From NCBI RefSeq assembly GCF_001457615.1, contig NZ_LN831024.1, positions 2,880,001 to 2,912,000 of the forward strand: a stretch of 32,000 nt of DNA. Reading direction: 5' to 3'. Position numbers and translations under genes: made by a program. The stretch comes from Pseudomonas aeruginosa (GTDB lineage: Bacteria; Pseudomonadota; Gammaproteobacteria; Pseudomonadales; Pseudomonadaceae). The notes below the pieces were generated by a model. That model was not told the DNA's origin. It worked only from the letters and a program-made list of their open reading frames with translations, and searched no databases. Shown in pieces: positions 18,819 through 28,323 of this stretch (position 1 is the stretch's first letter; each line of letters begins with the position of its first letter).

Positions 18819-19751
18819 TCAAAGCTCGTGGGCGAACGGCAGGTCCGGCCCCACCCGCGAGCAGGTGACCGCCGCCGCGCGGATGGCGAAGGCGAGCATC
18901 GCGTCGATCGCTTCCCGCGACAGCGCGGCTAGCCCGGCCGGGCTGTCGGCGTCGAGGCGGCGGAGGTAGGCGAGGGTCGCCGCCTGGAAGGTATCGCCGG
19001 CGCCGACCGTATCGCGCAGTGGCAGGGCGGTATCCGCCGGGCGACTCCAGCTGCCGTGGGTGCAGTGCACGCTGGCGCCGGCCCCGCCGTGGGTGACGAA
19101 GACCAGCCGGCAGCGCGGGTTCAGCCAGCCGCGGGCCACCTCGCCGGGGTCGCGCCCGGGGTAGAGCAGGGCCAGGTCTTCCTCGCTGGCCTTGATCAGG
19201 TGCGCATGACTGGCGAAGGCCTCGACCCGGCGCCGCCAGAGGTCGGTGTCCGGCTGCGGGTCGAGGCGCACGTTGGGATCCAGGCTGACCAGGCGCCGGC
19301 CGCTCTCGCGCCGGACCAGCGCCAGCAGGGTGTCGGCCACCGGTGTCACCACCAGGGTATAGGAGCCGACGTGCAGCCCGCGTATCCGCCCATCCAGCGT
19401 CGGCAGGTGTTCCAGGCGCACCTGGCGGTCGGCGCAGCCGTCGCCGCGGAACTGGTATTGCGCCGAGCCGCTGGCGTCGAGGCCGACCATGGCCAGGGTG
19501 GTCGGGGCGTCGCTGGGCACCAGGAAGCCGCAGTCCACGCCTTCTTCTTCGAGCACCCGGCGCAGCCGCGTGCCCAGGTAGTCGCTGGACAGCCCGCCGA
19601 ACAGCGCCGCCTCCACGCCCAGCCGGCGCAGGCCGACGGCGACGTTGAACGGCGAGCCGCCGGCGATCGCGGTGAAGCCCAGCTCGTTGCTGCGCGCAGC
19701 GCTTTCCAGGCTGAAGACATCGAAAAGGGCCTCGCCACACACCAGGTACAT
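18819..19751 (-). CDS. mtlZ: Fructokinase (PfkB family)
   Basis: ATG 19751 (MYLVCGEALFDV...) with GGAG 7-8 nt upstream. The longer track ORF to 19976 overlaps mtlY. PfkB motifs GGSPFNVAVGL and DTVGAGDTF. Confidence 0.85.
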   Translation of the reverse strand: MYLVCGEALFDVFSLESAARSNELGFTAIAGGSPFNVAVGLRRLGVEAALFGGLSSDYLGTRLRRVLEEEGVDCGFLVPSDAPTTLAMVGLDASGSAQYQFRGDGCADRQVRLEHLPTLDGRIRGLHVGSYTLVVTPVADTLLALVRRESGRRLVSLDPNVRLDPQPDTDLWRRRVEAFASHAHLIKASEEDLALLYPGRDPGEVARGWLNPRCRLVFVTHGGAGASVHCTHGSWSRPADTALPLRDTVGAGDTFQAATLAYLRRLDADSPAGLAALSREAIDAMLAFAIRAAAVTCSRVGPDLPFAHEL

Positions 19752-19791
19752 GCAGATCTCCAAAACGCCAGAAGAGGAAGGAAAGCGACCA

Positions 19792-21282
19792 TTATCGCGG
19801 AGGCAGGTGCTCCAGGTAACGCCGGTAGGCCTGTTCGTAGGCCGCCTGTTGTCGCGCCTGGGGCTGGGTGCGGGTCGACTCGTCGAGCGCCACGCAGCGC
19901 CGGCACAGGGCTTCCAGGCTTTCACCGGCGCCGCTTTCGCGGCCCAGGCTCCAGGCCGCCTGGAGCGCCGCGCCAAGGGCGGCGGCCTCGGTCTGCCGCG
20001 GACAGACCAGCGGCAGGCCGAGCAGGTCGGCGAGCGTCCGCCGCCACAGCGGGTTCTTCGCCGCGCCGCCGACCAGGCGGATTTCCTCGCCCGGCAGGCC
20101 GCTGGCGCGCAGCAGGTCGAGGCCGTAGCGCAGGCCGAAGGCGGTGCCTTCGAGCACCGCCCGGCAAAGATTGGCGCGGCTCAGGTTGGCCGCGGTCATG
20201 CCATGCAGGCTGGCGCTGGCGTGCGGTAGCGCCGGAACCCGCTCGCCGTCGAAGAACGGCAGCATCAGCAGACCCTCGGCGCCGACCGGCGCCTGGGCGG
20301 CCAGCCGGGAGAATTCGTCGAGGTCGAGGTGCAGCAGGTCCTGTACCAGGCCGCAGGCGCCGGTGAGGTTCATCGTGCAGGCCAGCGGCAGCCAACCGCC
20401 GGACGAGGCGCAGAAGGTCGCCAGCTCGCCGTGCGGACTGACCAGCGGCCGCTCGGCATAGGCGCTCAGGGTGCCGGAGGTGCCCAGGCTGGCGGTGAGC
20501 AGGCCGGGGCGGATGTTGCCGGTGCCGATGGCGGCGAGCATGTTGTCGCCGCCGCCGCAGGCGACCCGCGTGTGGGGAGCCAGGCCGAGGGCGGCGGCCG
20601 CTTCGGGGCGCAGGTTGCCGATGCAGGCGCCGGGCTCGATCAGCTCCGGCAGCGCCGCCGCCAGGCGTCCGCCCGGCTCGACCAGCTCCAGCACGTCGCT
20701 GGCCCAGGTGCGCCGGCGCACGTCGAAGTAGCCGCTGCCGGAGGCGTCGCCCGCTTCGCTGCAGACGCGGCCGGTGAGCCAGTGGTTGAGGTAGTCGTGG
20801 GGCAGGAGGATGTGCGCGACGCGGGCGAACAGCTCGGGAAAGCGGCGCCTGCTCCAGAGCAGCTTGGACAGCGTGTAGCCCGGCGCGAGCACCAGTCCCA
20901 GGCGTTCCAGCGAGCCGGCCGGGCCGCCGAGGGCTTCCAGCAGCTCGCGGTTCTCCGCCGCGCTCTCGGTGTCGCACCAGAGCTTGGCCGGGCGTAGCGC
21001 CCGGCCCTCGGCGTCGAGCAAGAGCAGCCCATGCTGCTGGGCGGAAACCGCCAGGGCGCGAACCTCGCGGCCGTCCACCGCGGCTTCTTCCAGGGCCATG
21101 CGTACCGCGCTGGCCATGGCTTCCAGCCAGTCCGCCGGGTCCTGCTCGCGGCGTCCGTCGCGGCCTTCCGGCGGGCGCTGCGCGGCGCTGCCCAGGCCCA
21201 GCGTGCGGCCGCTGCCGGCGTCGAGCAGCAGCGCCTTGCTACCCTGGGTGCCGCAATCGATGCCGAGGAACAATCCGTGCAT
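19792..21282 (-). CDS. mtlY: Xylulokinase-like FGGY carbohydrate kinase
   Basis: ATG 21282 (MHGLFLGIDCGTQGSK) with GGAGG 5 nt upstream. An alternative ATG at 21300 forms an ATGA overlap with the mtlD stop. The upstream 230 codons of the track ORF are off-frame overlap with mtlD. Confidence 0.85.
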   Translation of the reverse strand: MHGLFLGIDCGTQGSKALLLDAGSGRTLGLGSAAQRPPEGRDGRREQDPADWLEAMASAVRMALEEAAVDGREVRALAVSAQQHGLLLLDAEGRALRPAKLWCDTESAAENRELLEALGGPAGSLERLGLVLAPGYTLSKLLWSRRRFPELFARVAHILLPHDYLNHWLTGRVCSEAGDASGSGYFDVRRRTWASDVLELVEPGGRLAAALPELIEPGACIGNLRPEAAAALGLAPHTRVACGGGDNMLAAIGTGNIRPGLLTASLGTSGTLSAYAERPLVSPHGELATFCASSGGWLPLACTMNLTGACGLVQDLLHLDLDEFSRLAAQAPVGAEGLLMLPFFDGERVPALPHASASLHGMTAANLSRANLCRAVLEGTAFGLRYGLDLLRASGLPGEEIRLVGGAAKNPLWRRTLADLLGLPLVCPRQTEAAALGAALQAAWSLGRESGAGESLEALCRRCVALDESTRTQPQARQQAAYEQAYRRYLEHLPPR

Positions 21283-21296
21283 GCGGCCCTCCGGCG

Positions 21297-22772
21297 TCAT
21301 TCGCCGAGTACCTGGCGCAGGGTTTCGCTGACGCCGTGTCGGCGCAGGCTGTCGTAGAGCCGCTCGAAGGCCTCGACGAAGGCCGCCGAGGCCGGGATCG
21401 CCGGGCCGAACACGGTCTCCACGCCGAGCAGGCGCCGGCCCAGGCCGTGGCGTTCGGCAACCAGCGCCTGGCATTCGGCGGCGCGCGGATCGGGAATCGG
21501 GTAGCGTTCGCCATGCTCGTCGACCCCGCCCAGGTACAGCGCCCAGGCCGCCACCACCAGGGCCACCCGTTCCAGCGGCCGGCCGGCGGCGATCAGCTGA
21601 TTGGCGGTGGGGACGATGAACTTGGGAAACTTCGACGAGCCGTCCGAGCAGACCCGTTCCAGTTGGTCGGCGATGGCGCGGTTGGCGAAGCGCTCGACCA
21701 GGCTGTCCTTGTAGCGTTCCAGGTCGATCCCCGGTACCGGTGCCAGCAGCGGGGCCACGTCGCGGTCCATGAAGGCCCGCACGTAGCGGCGCAGCAGCGG
21801 GTCGCCGAGGGTCTCGTGGACGAAGCGGTAGCCGCGCAGGAAGCCCAGGTAGGTGAGCGCCAGGTGGCTGCCGTTGAGCAGGCCGATCTTCATCTCCTCG
21901 TAGGGCGTGACGTCGTCGGTGAACTGCACGCCGACCTTTTCCCAGGCCGGGCGCCCAGCGCTGAAACGATCTTCCAGCACCCATTGCACGAAGGGTTCGC
22001 AGACCACCGGCCAGGCGTCTTCCACGTCGTGCCGTTGGGCCAGTTGGCGGCGGTGGGCGGGGCTGGTCATCGGGGTGATGCGGTCGACCATGGCGTTGGG
22101 AAAGCTGACGTGCGTCGCGATCCAGCGCGCCAGCCCCGGGTCGAGCCGTTCGGCGAAGGCCAGCAGCGCCTTGCGCGCCACCTCGCCGTTATGCGGGAGG
22201 TTGTCGCAGGACATCACGGTGAACGCCGGCACGCCTGTGTCGCGGCGCCGCCGCAGAGCCTCGCAGAGAAAGCCGAAGACCCCGCGCGGGGTCCGCGGGT
22301 TGGCCAGGTCGTGGCGCACCAGCGGCAACTCGGCGAGGAACTCGCCGCTGCCATCGTCGATGCAGTAGCCGCCTTCGGTGATGGTCAGCGAGACGATGCG
22401 GATGGCCGGCTCGGCAAGTTTTTCCAGCAGCGCCTCGGCGCCGTCCTCGGCGAGCAGCATGCCGCTGATGGCGCCGATCACGCGGACCTCGGTGTCCGGT
22501 TGGTCGCCCAGCTCGTAGAGGGTGTAGAGGTAGTCCTGGGCGGCCAGGGCGTCGTGCATGGCGCGGTCGTCGCTGCGCAGGCCGGCGCCGCAGATCGCCC
22601 AGTCGAGGGCTTCGCCGCGGTTCATCAGGGCGTCGGTGTAGGCCGCCTGGTGCGCGCGGTGGAAGCCGCCGACGCCGATGTGGACGATGCCCTGGCGCAG
22701 TTGCGCGGGGTCGTAGGACGGGCGGGCGACAGCGGTCGCCAGCAGGGGGAGGTGCTGCCGGTTGAGTTTCAT
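21297..22772 (-). CDS. mtlD: Mannitol 2-dehydrogenase (long-chain mannitol dehydrogenase family)
   Basis: ATG 22772 (MKLNRQHLPLL...). 491 aa. GIVHIGVGGFHRAHQAAY Rossmann/mannitol-DH signature. Confidence 0.88.
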   Translation of the reverse strand: MKLNRQHLPLLATAVARPSYDPAQLRQGIVHIGVGGFHRAHQAAYTDALMNRGEALDWAICGAGLRSDDRAMHDALAAQDYLYTLYELGDQPDTEVRVIGAISGMLLAEDGAEALLEKLAEPAIRIVSLTITEGGYCIDDGSGEFLAELPLVRHDLANPRTPRGVFGFLCEALRRRRDTGVPAFTVMSCDNLPHNGEVARKALLAFAERLDPGLARWIATHVSFPNAMVDRITPMTSPAHRRQLAQRHDVEDAWPVVCEPFVQWVLEDRFSAGRPAWEKVGVQFTDDVTPYEEMKIGLLNGSHLALTYLGFLRGYRFVHETLGDPLLRRYVRAFMDRDVAPLLAPVPGIDLERYKDSLVERFANRAIADQLERVCSDGSSKFPKFIVPTANQLIAAGRPLERVALVVAAWALYLGGVDEHGERYPIPDPRAAECQALVAERHGLGRRLLGVETVFGPAIPASAAFVEAFERLYDSLRRHGVSETLRQVLGE

Positions 22773-22794
22773 CGGTGGGTTCCCGCTGGCGGCT

Positions 22795-23907
22795 TCAGGC
22801 CGCCTGTTGCAGTCGTTTGTCGAGGGCCTGGCCGTTGCTGTCGAACAGGTGGCAGTGCGCCGGATCGAAGCCCAGCTCCAGGGGGGCGCCGTAGTCCGGT
22901 GCGAAATCGCCGCGCACGCGCAGGGTGAGCATTTCCCCCGAGTCGGCGCGGACATGGCAGAAGCTGTCGCTGCCCAGGCGCTCGCTGACGTCGGCGGCGA
23001 CCCGCAGCAGGCCCTGGAAGGCATGGCCCGGGCGGGCGATGTTCAGGTGTTCCGGGCGGATGCCGAGGGTCACCGGGCTGCCGGTTGCCAGCTCGCCGGC
23101 GCATAGCGGCAGGCCGACGCGCGCGCCGCATTCGAGGGCGACCTCGCAGCGCTCGCCCTGGTTGCGGCTGAGATGGCCGCGCAGGAAGCCCATCTTCGGC
23201 GTGCCGAGGAAGCCGGCGACGAACAGGTTGGCCGGATGGTGGTAAAGCTCCAGCGGCGAGCCGACCTGCTCGACGCGCCCGCCGTTGAGCACCACGACCT
23301 TGTCCGCCAGGGTCATCGCCTCGACCTGGTCATGGGTCACGTAGATCATGGTCGCCGCCAGTTCCTGGTGCAGCCGCGCCAGTTCCAGGCGCATCTGCAC
23401 GCGCAGGGCGGCGTCGAGGTTGGACAGCGGTTCGTCGAAGAGGAATATCTTCGGGTTGCGCACGATCGCCCGGCCGATCGCCACCCGCTGCCGTTGGCCG
23501 CCGGAGAGCTGGCGCGGCTTGCGCTCCAGCAGCGCTTGCAGTTCGAGGATGCGTGCGGCGGCGTCGACCTTGGCGGCGACCTCGCGCTTGTCGACGCCGG
23601 CCAGGTCGAGGGCGAAGGAGAGGTTCCTGCGCACCGTCATGTGCGGGTACAGCGCGTAGGTCTGGAAGACCATCGCCAGGTCGCGTTTCGCCGGCGGGGT
23701 GTCGGTGATGTCCGTGCCGTCGAGGGTGATGCTGCCGCCGCTGGCCTCTTCGAGGCCGGCGATCAGGCGCAGCAGGGTCGACTTGCCGCAGCCGGAGGGG
23801 CCGACGAAGACTACGAACTCGCGGTCGCGGACGTCGAGGTCGATGCCCTTGATGATGGCCTGGCCGTCGAAGCCTTTCTGCAGGTTGCGGATCTTGAGAT
23901 CAGCCAT
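22795..23907 (-). CDS. mtlK: Sugar ABC transporter ATP-binding protein (MalK/UgpC type)
   Basis: 370 aa. [29 protein letters not shown], and a C-terminal MalK-like regulatory domain. Confidence 0.9.
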   Translation of the reverse strand: MADLKIRNLQKGFDGQAIIKGIDLDVRDREFVVFVGPSGCGKSTLLRLIAGLEEASGGSITLDGTDITDTPPAKRDLAMVFQTYALYPHMTVRRNLSFALDLAGVDKREVAAKVDAAARILELQALLERKPRQLSGGQRQRVAIGRAIVRNPKIFLFDEPLSNLDAALRVQMRLELARLHQELAATMIYVTHDQVEAMTLADKVVVLNGGRVEQVGSPLELYHHPANLFVAGFLGTPKMGFLRGHLSRNQGERCEVALECGARVGLPLCAGELATGSPVTLGIRPEHLNIARPGHAFQGLLRVAADVSERLGSDSFCHVRADSGEMLTLRVRGDFAPDYGAPLELGFDPAHCHLFDSNGQALDKRLQQAA

Positions 23908-23946
23908 GGCGGAATACCTCCGTGGACGAAAGGATGGGGATGCGCT

Positions 23947-24780
23947 TCATTTCACGGCGCCGAAGGAAAGGCCGCGTACCAGCTGCTTCTGGCTGATCCA
24001 GCCGAAGACCAGGATCGGCGCGCAGGCGAGGGTGGAGACGGCCGAGAGCTTGGCCCAGAACAGTCCTTCGGGGCTGGAATAGGAGGCGACCAGGGCGGTC
24101 AGCGGGGCGGCGGCCGAGGAGGTCAGGTTGAGCGACCAGAAGGCCTCGTTCCAACACAGGATCAGCGACAGCAGCAGGGTCGAGGCGAGCCCGCCGCGGG
24201 CGATCGGCAGCAGTACGCGGACGATCTCCTGCCAGGTGCCGGCGCCGTCCAGGCGCGCTGCTTCGAGGATGTCCACGGGGATGTCCTTGAAGTAGGTGTA
24301 CACCATCCAGACCACGATCGGCAGGTTGATCAGGGTGTAGACGATGATCAGCGCCAGCCGCGAATCGAGCAGGCCGAACTGCTTGGCCAGCAGGTAGATC
24401 GGCATCAGTACGCCGACCGGCGGAAGCATCTTGGTCGACAGCATCCAGAGCAGCGTGCGCTTGGTGTGGCGGGTCTCGAAGAAGGCCATGGAGTAGGCCG
24501 CCGGCACCGCGACGAGCATGCACAGGAGAGTCGCCGAGGAGGAGATCAGCAGCGAGTTCCAGGCGTAGGCGAAGTAGTCGCTGCGCTCGTTGATGTGCAG
24601 GTAGTTCTCCAGGGTCGGCTGGAAGATGAACTGCGGCGGCGTGGCGAAGGCGTCGATCTCGCTCTTGAAGCTGGTCAGCAGCATCCAGAAGATCGGGAAG
24701 AACAGCAGCAGGGCGATGCCCCAGCAGAGCAGGCCGAGCAGGGCATTGCGCAGGCGGCGGGATTGCTTGAGTGTCAGCAT
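23947..24780 (-). CDS. mtlG: Sugar ABC transporter permease (MalG-like)
   Basis: 277 aa, multi-pass membrane protein with EAA-type loop (EAARLDGAGTWQ). Confidence 0.88.
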   Translation of the reverse strand: MLTLKQSRRLRNALLGLLCWGIALLLFFPIFWMLLTSFKSEIDAFATPPQFIFQPTLENYLHINERSDYFAYAWNSLLISSSATLLCMLVAVPAAYSMAFFETRHTKRTLLWMLSTKMLPPVGVLMPIYLLAKQFGLLDSRLALIIVYTLINLPIVVWMVYTYFKDIPVDILEAARLDGAGTWQEIVRVLLPIARGGLASTLLLSLILCWNEAFWSLNLTSSAAAPLTALVASYSSPEGLFWAKLSAVSTLACAPILVFGWISQKQLVRGLSFGAVK

Positions 24781-24790
24781 GGCGGGTTCC

Positions 24791-25723
24791 TCAGCTGCGC
24801 TCGGTAAGGTTCTTGCCGATCATCCGCACCAGCACGATGGCGGCGATATTGGCGATCAGCACCGCGATCAGGCCCCCGGCCGAGGCCATGCCGACATCGA
24901 ACTGCAGCAGCGCCTGGTTGTAGATCAGGTAGGCGAGGTTGGTCGATTCGTAGCCGGGGCCGCCGCTGGTGGTGGTGAAGATCTCGGCGAACACCGAGAG
25001 CAGGAAGATCGTCTCGATCATCAGCACCACCGCGATGGGCCGCGCCAGGTGCGGCAGGGTCAGGTGCCAGAAGATCGCCAGCGGACCGGCGCCGTCGAGG
25101 CGGGCAGCCTCCTTCTGCTCCTGGTCGAGGGACTGCATGGCGGTCATCAGGATCAGGATGGCGAAGGGCAGCCATTGCCAGGAGACGATGAGGATGATCG
25201 ACAGCAGCGGATAGTGCGCCAGCCAATCCACCGGCTCGGCGCCGAACAGGCGCCAGACGGCGGCGAGGATGCCCGAGACCGGGTGGAAGATCAGGTTCTT
25301 CCAGAGCAGCGCGCTCACCGTCGGCATGATGAAGAACGGCGAGATCAGCAACACCCGCACCGCGCCGCGGCCGAAGAATTCGCCGGCCTCCAGCAGCGCG
25401 GCGATGAGCACGCCGAACGCCACGCTGATCGCCAGCACGCTGCCCACCAGCAGCAGGGTGTTCAGCGCGCCGGGCAGGAAGCCGGCGTCGGTGACGAAGA
25501 AGGTGAAGTTCTCCAGGCCGACGAAGGCATTCTCGCCGGGATACAGCAGGTTGTAGCGGATCAGCGAGAAATACAGGGTCATGCCCAGGGGCACGATCAT
25601 CCACAACAGCAGCAGCGCCACCGAGGGGCTGACCAGGAGCCAGCCAGGGCCGCGCCGGCGGCGCTGGAGACGGCGGCGGGCGGGACGGGCCGGGAGCGGG
25701 GTATCGAGGGCCGAGGTGTTCAT
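24791..25723 (-). CDS. mtlF: Sugar ABC transporter permease (MalF-like)
   Basis: 310 aa, multi-pass membrane protein with EAA-type loop (EAARLDGAGPLAIF). Confidence 0.88.
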   Translation of the reverse strand: MNTSALDTPLPARPARRRLQRRRRGPGWLLVSPSVALLLLWMIVPLGMTLYFSLIRYNLLYPGENAFVGLENFTFFVTDAGFLPGALNTLLLVGSVLAISVAFGVLIAALLEAGEFFGRGAVRVLLISPFFIMPTVSALLWKNLIFHPVSGILAAVWRLFGAEPVDWLAHYPLLSIILIVSWQWLPFAILILMTAMQSLDQEQKEAARLDGAGPLAIFWHLTLPHLARPIAVVLMIETIFLLSVFAEIFTTTSGGPGYESTNLAYLIYNQALLQFDVGMASAGGLIAVLIANIAAIVLVRMIGKNLTERS

Positions 25724-25771
25724 GGCGACTCCGTCTGGATCTTCAAGGACAAGCGCTCGAGCAGCGCCGCG

Positions 25772-25791
25772 CCGGGCGCGGCTGCGCCCGG
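25772..25791 (-). other. Intercistronic GC hairpin between mtlE and mtlF
   Basis: CCGGGCGC-GGCT-GCGCCCGG: perfect 8-bp stem (extendable to 10 bp, 25770-25793) with a 4-nt loop, 7 nt after the mtlE stop. No U-tract follows. Confidence 0.55.
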
Positions 25792-25798
25792 CGGCGGA

Positions 25799-27109
25799 CT
25801 ACTTCGGATAGCCGGCGCGCTTCATCTCGCGGGCGGTGCTCTGCTGCGCGGCGGCGAGCGCCTGGTCGCTGCTCATCTGCCCGGTGAGGGCGGCGGAGAA
25901 CAGCTTGCCGACCTGGGTGCCGATGGCCTGGAACTCGGGGATGGTGACCAACTGGATGCCGACATAGGGCACCGGCTTCAGCGTCGGATGGTTGGGATCG
26001 ACGCGCTTCAGCGATTCCAGGGTGACCCGCGCGAACGGCGCGGCGGCCAGGTAGGCCTCGCTGTAGGTCGAGGCGCGGGTGCCGGGCGGCACGTTGGCTA
26101 CGCCTTCCCTGTCCGCCACCAGTTTGCCGTACGCCTGCGAGGTGGCCCAGGTGGCGAAGGCCTTCGCCGCGTCCTTGGCGCGCGAGCTGGCGGGAATCGC
26201 CAGGGCCCAGGAATACAGCCAGGAGGCGCCCTTGTCGGTGACTTCCCGGGGGGCGAAGGCGAAGCCGGTGGCGTCGGCGACCTTGCTCTGGCTCTTGTCG
26301 GTGACGAACGAACCGGCGACGCTGGCGTCCACCCAGATCGCGCACTTGCCGCTGTTGAACAGCGCCAGGTTCTCGTTGAATCCGTTGCTGGAGGCGCCGG
26401 GCGGGCCGTACCGCTTGAGGGTGGAGACATAGAAGTCGAGAGCCTTCTTCCATTCGCCGCCGCTGAATTCGGGCTGCCATCGCTCGTCGAACCAGCGTGC
26501 GCCGAAGGCGTTGGCCAGGGTGCCGATCAACGCCATGTTCTCGCCCCAGCCGGCCTTGCCGCGCAGGCAGATACCGTACTGGCCCTGGTCCGGGCGGTTG
26601 AGCCTGGCGGCGAACTCGCCGAGCTGGGTCCAGGTCGGTTGCTCGGGCATCCGCAGCCCGGCCTGCTGGAACAGGTCCTTGCGGTAGTAGGTGATCGAGG
26701 CTTCGGCGTAGAACGGCAGGGCGTACAGCGTGCCCTTGACGGAGAGACCGTCGCGCACCGAGGGCAACAGGTCGTCCAGGGCGTAGTCGGCGGGCAGCCC
26801 GCTCATCGGCTCCAGCCAGCCCTTGGCGCCCCACAGCGCGGCTTCGTACATGCCGATGGTGAGCAGGTCGAACTGTCCGCCCTGGGTGGCGATGTCGGTG
26901 GTCAGGCGCTGGCGCAGGACGTTCTCTTCGAGCACCACCCATTTCAGCGCGATGTCCGGGTGGCTTTCCTCGAACACCTTGGACAGGCGTTGCATGCGGA
27001 TCATGTCGTTGTTGTTGACCGTGGCGATGGTCAGGGTCTCGGCGCCCTGGGCCAGCAGGGGCAGGGCGAGGCAGGCGGCGGCCAGGCAGGCCTTGATCGA
27101 GTCGTTCAT
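25799..27109 (-). CDS. mtlE: Periplasmic polyol/sugar-binding protein (family 1 SBP)
   Basis: 436 aa. Signal peptide ACLALPLLAQGAE. GAGGAG RBS upstream of ATG 27109. First structural gene of the ABC transport block. Confidence 0.88.
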   Translation of the reverse strand: MNDSIKACLAAACLALPLLAQGAETLTIATVNNNDMIRMQRLSKVFEESHPDIALKWVVLEENVLRQRLTTDIATQGGQFDLLTIGMYEAALWGAKGWLEPMSGLPADYALDDLLPSVRDGLSVKGTLYALPFYAEASITYYRKDLFQQAGLRMPEQPTWTQLGEFAARLNRPDQGQYGICLRGKAGWGENMALIGTLANAFGARWFDERWQPEFSGGEWKKALDFYVSTLKRYGPPGASSNGFNENLALFNSGKCAIWVDASVAGSFVTDKSQSKVADATGFAFAPREVTDKGASWLYSWALAIPASSRAKDAAKAFATWATSQAYGKLVADREGVANVPPGTRASTYSEAYLAAAPFARVTLESLKRVDPNHPTLKPVPYVGIQLVTIPEFQAIGTQVGKLFSAALTGQMSSDQALAAAQQSTAREMKRAGYPK

Positions 27110-27150
27110 CGGTGAACTCCTCTTCCGGGCCGGCGGGCGGCGCGGAAGAC

Positions 27151-27179
27151 ATTATTGTTTTTGTGTCGCTCGCTGCCGA
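27151..27179 (-). promoter_or_regulatory. Tentative activator-dependent sigma-70 promoter for mtlE
   Basis: Minus strand: TCGGCA (27179-27174), 17-nt spacer, AATAAT (27156-27151), about 40 nt upstream of the mtlE ATG. The poor -35 box would fit AraC-type activation. Pattern match only. Confidence 0.25.
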
Positions 27180-27266
27180 TTACACAGGCGCGTCACGCAA
27201 CCGACAAAGCCTCGACTGCACTTCGACCGATACTTTTTTGCACCACCGGGGTGGGGCGCTGGAGGC

Positions 27267-28172
27267 TCAGAGCAGGTTCTGCTCGGTCAGCCGCTGGGTC
27301 ACCAGGCGCCGGTAGCCGGTGGGCGTCATGCCCTTGAGCTGCTGGAAGCGCCGGTTGAAATTGGACAGGTTGCTGAAGCCCGACTCGAAGCACACCTCGG
27401 TCACCGGCAGCTCGCTGCGGGCCAGCAGCTCGCAGGACTTGCTGATGCGCAGGCGGTTGACGAACTCGACGAAGCCGCGCCCGGCGGCCTGCTTGAAGAA
27501 GCGCGAGAAGTAGGTGGGGGTCATGCCCAGGTGGGCGGCGACCTGCTCCTGGGTGAGGTCCTGGGCGTAGTGCTGGAAGATGTAGTCCACCGCCCGGTTG
27601 ATCCGTTCGACGTTGTGCTCGTCGGCCAGTTGCGAGGAAGTGACGGTAGAGAGCAACTGGTAGTCCTCGCATTCGGCGAGCTGTTCCATGAGGATAAAAA
27701 AGTATCCCAGGCGGGTCATGCCGCCGCTGTCGGCGATGCGTTGCAACAGTCGCCGGCTTTCGCCGATCAGCGCCGGGTCGCGGAACTCGATGCCGTAGCG
27801 CGCCCGCGCCAGCAGCGGGGCCAGGCGGTTCAGCTCGGAGAATACGCCGCTGCCGTCCTCCAGCACCTCGTCGGTGAAGTTCACCAGCATGTCGCGCCGG
27901 GCCACCACCTCGCCGGGCTCCACCTGGCTGATCCAGTTGTGCGGCAGGTTGGGACCGGTGAGGAACAGGGTGTCGGGGGCGAAGTTGCCGATGTAGTCGC
28001 CGATGAATACCTTGCCGGAGCTGGCGACGATCAGGTGCAGCTCGTATTCCTTGTGGAAGTGCCAGCGCACCAGCGGGCTGGGGAAGCCGTGCTGGCGGTA
28101 GATCAGCGAATGGCCTTCGTGGTCGTCCATCAGCTCGTAGGACGGATCGGTGACTTTGCTGGCTCTGGGCAT
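27267..28172 (-). CDS. mtlR: AraC/XylS-family transcriptional activator of the mannitol operon
   Basis: C-terminal double HTH (YFSRFFKQAAGRGFVEFVNRLRISKSCELL...GFSNLSNFNRRFQQLKGMTPTGYR). I chose ATG 28172 (MPRASKV, 301 aa). In-frame upstream starts at 28205 and 28241 run into a GC-rich structured spacer and look less likely. Confidence 0.82.
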   Translation of the reverse strand: MPRASKVTDPSYELMDDHEGHSLIYRQHGFPSPLVRWHFHKEYELHLIVASSGKVFIGDYIGNFAPDTLFLTGPNLPHNWISQVEPGEVVARRDMLVNFTDEVLEDGSGVFSELNRLAPLLARARYGIEFRDPALIGESRRLLQRIADSGGMTRLGYFFILMEQLAECEDYQLLSTVTSSQLADEHNVERINRAVDYIFQHYAQDLTQEQVAAHLGMTPTYFSRFFKQAAGRGFVEFVNRLRISKSCELLARSELPVTEVCFESGFSNLSNFNRRFQQLKGMTPTGYRRLVTQRLTEQNLL

Positions 28173-28230
28173 GGGCGCGGGCCGACCGGGGGAACGAAGG
28201 CACATCCTAGCCCGAAGCGGCGGGGCTGTG

Positions 28231-28285
28231 CAGGGGACCACCCGCGAGCCTCGCTCCCCTGCGTGGCGCCGGGTGGCCGCAGGGG
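28231..28285. repeat. Interleaved inverted repeats in the spacer upstream of mtlR
   Basis: CAGGGGA (28231-37) pairs with TCCCCTG (28255-61). CCACCCG (28238-44) pairs with CGGGTGG (28270-76). CCCCTGCG (28256-63) pairs with CGCAGGGG (28278-85). All were read directly. The first two pairings cross each other, and the first and third are mutually exclusive. Confidence 0.5.
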
Positions 28286-28323
28286 CGGGTAGCGGGCCGT
28301 GGCTCTATCCGCCGCCATCCGCT

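Noticed and set aside
24626-27115. 829-aa plus-strand ORF antisense to mtlF and mtlE
   Set aside because: Repetitive G/A/R/E/Q-rich translation with no recognisable domain. The opposite strand encodes well-supported ABC permease and binding-protein genes.
27225-27262. T6 run plus CCACC/GGTGG stem after mtlR as an intrinsic terminator
   Set aside because: On the mtlR (minus) strand the run is A6, not U6, and the stem is only 4-5 bp with a 2-5-nt loop. On the plus strand the T-run precedes the stem. Neither orientation fits a terminator.
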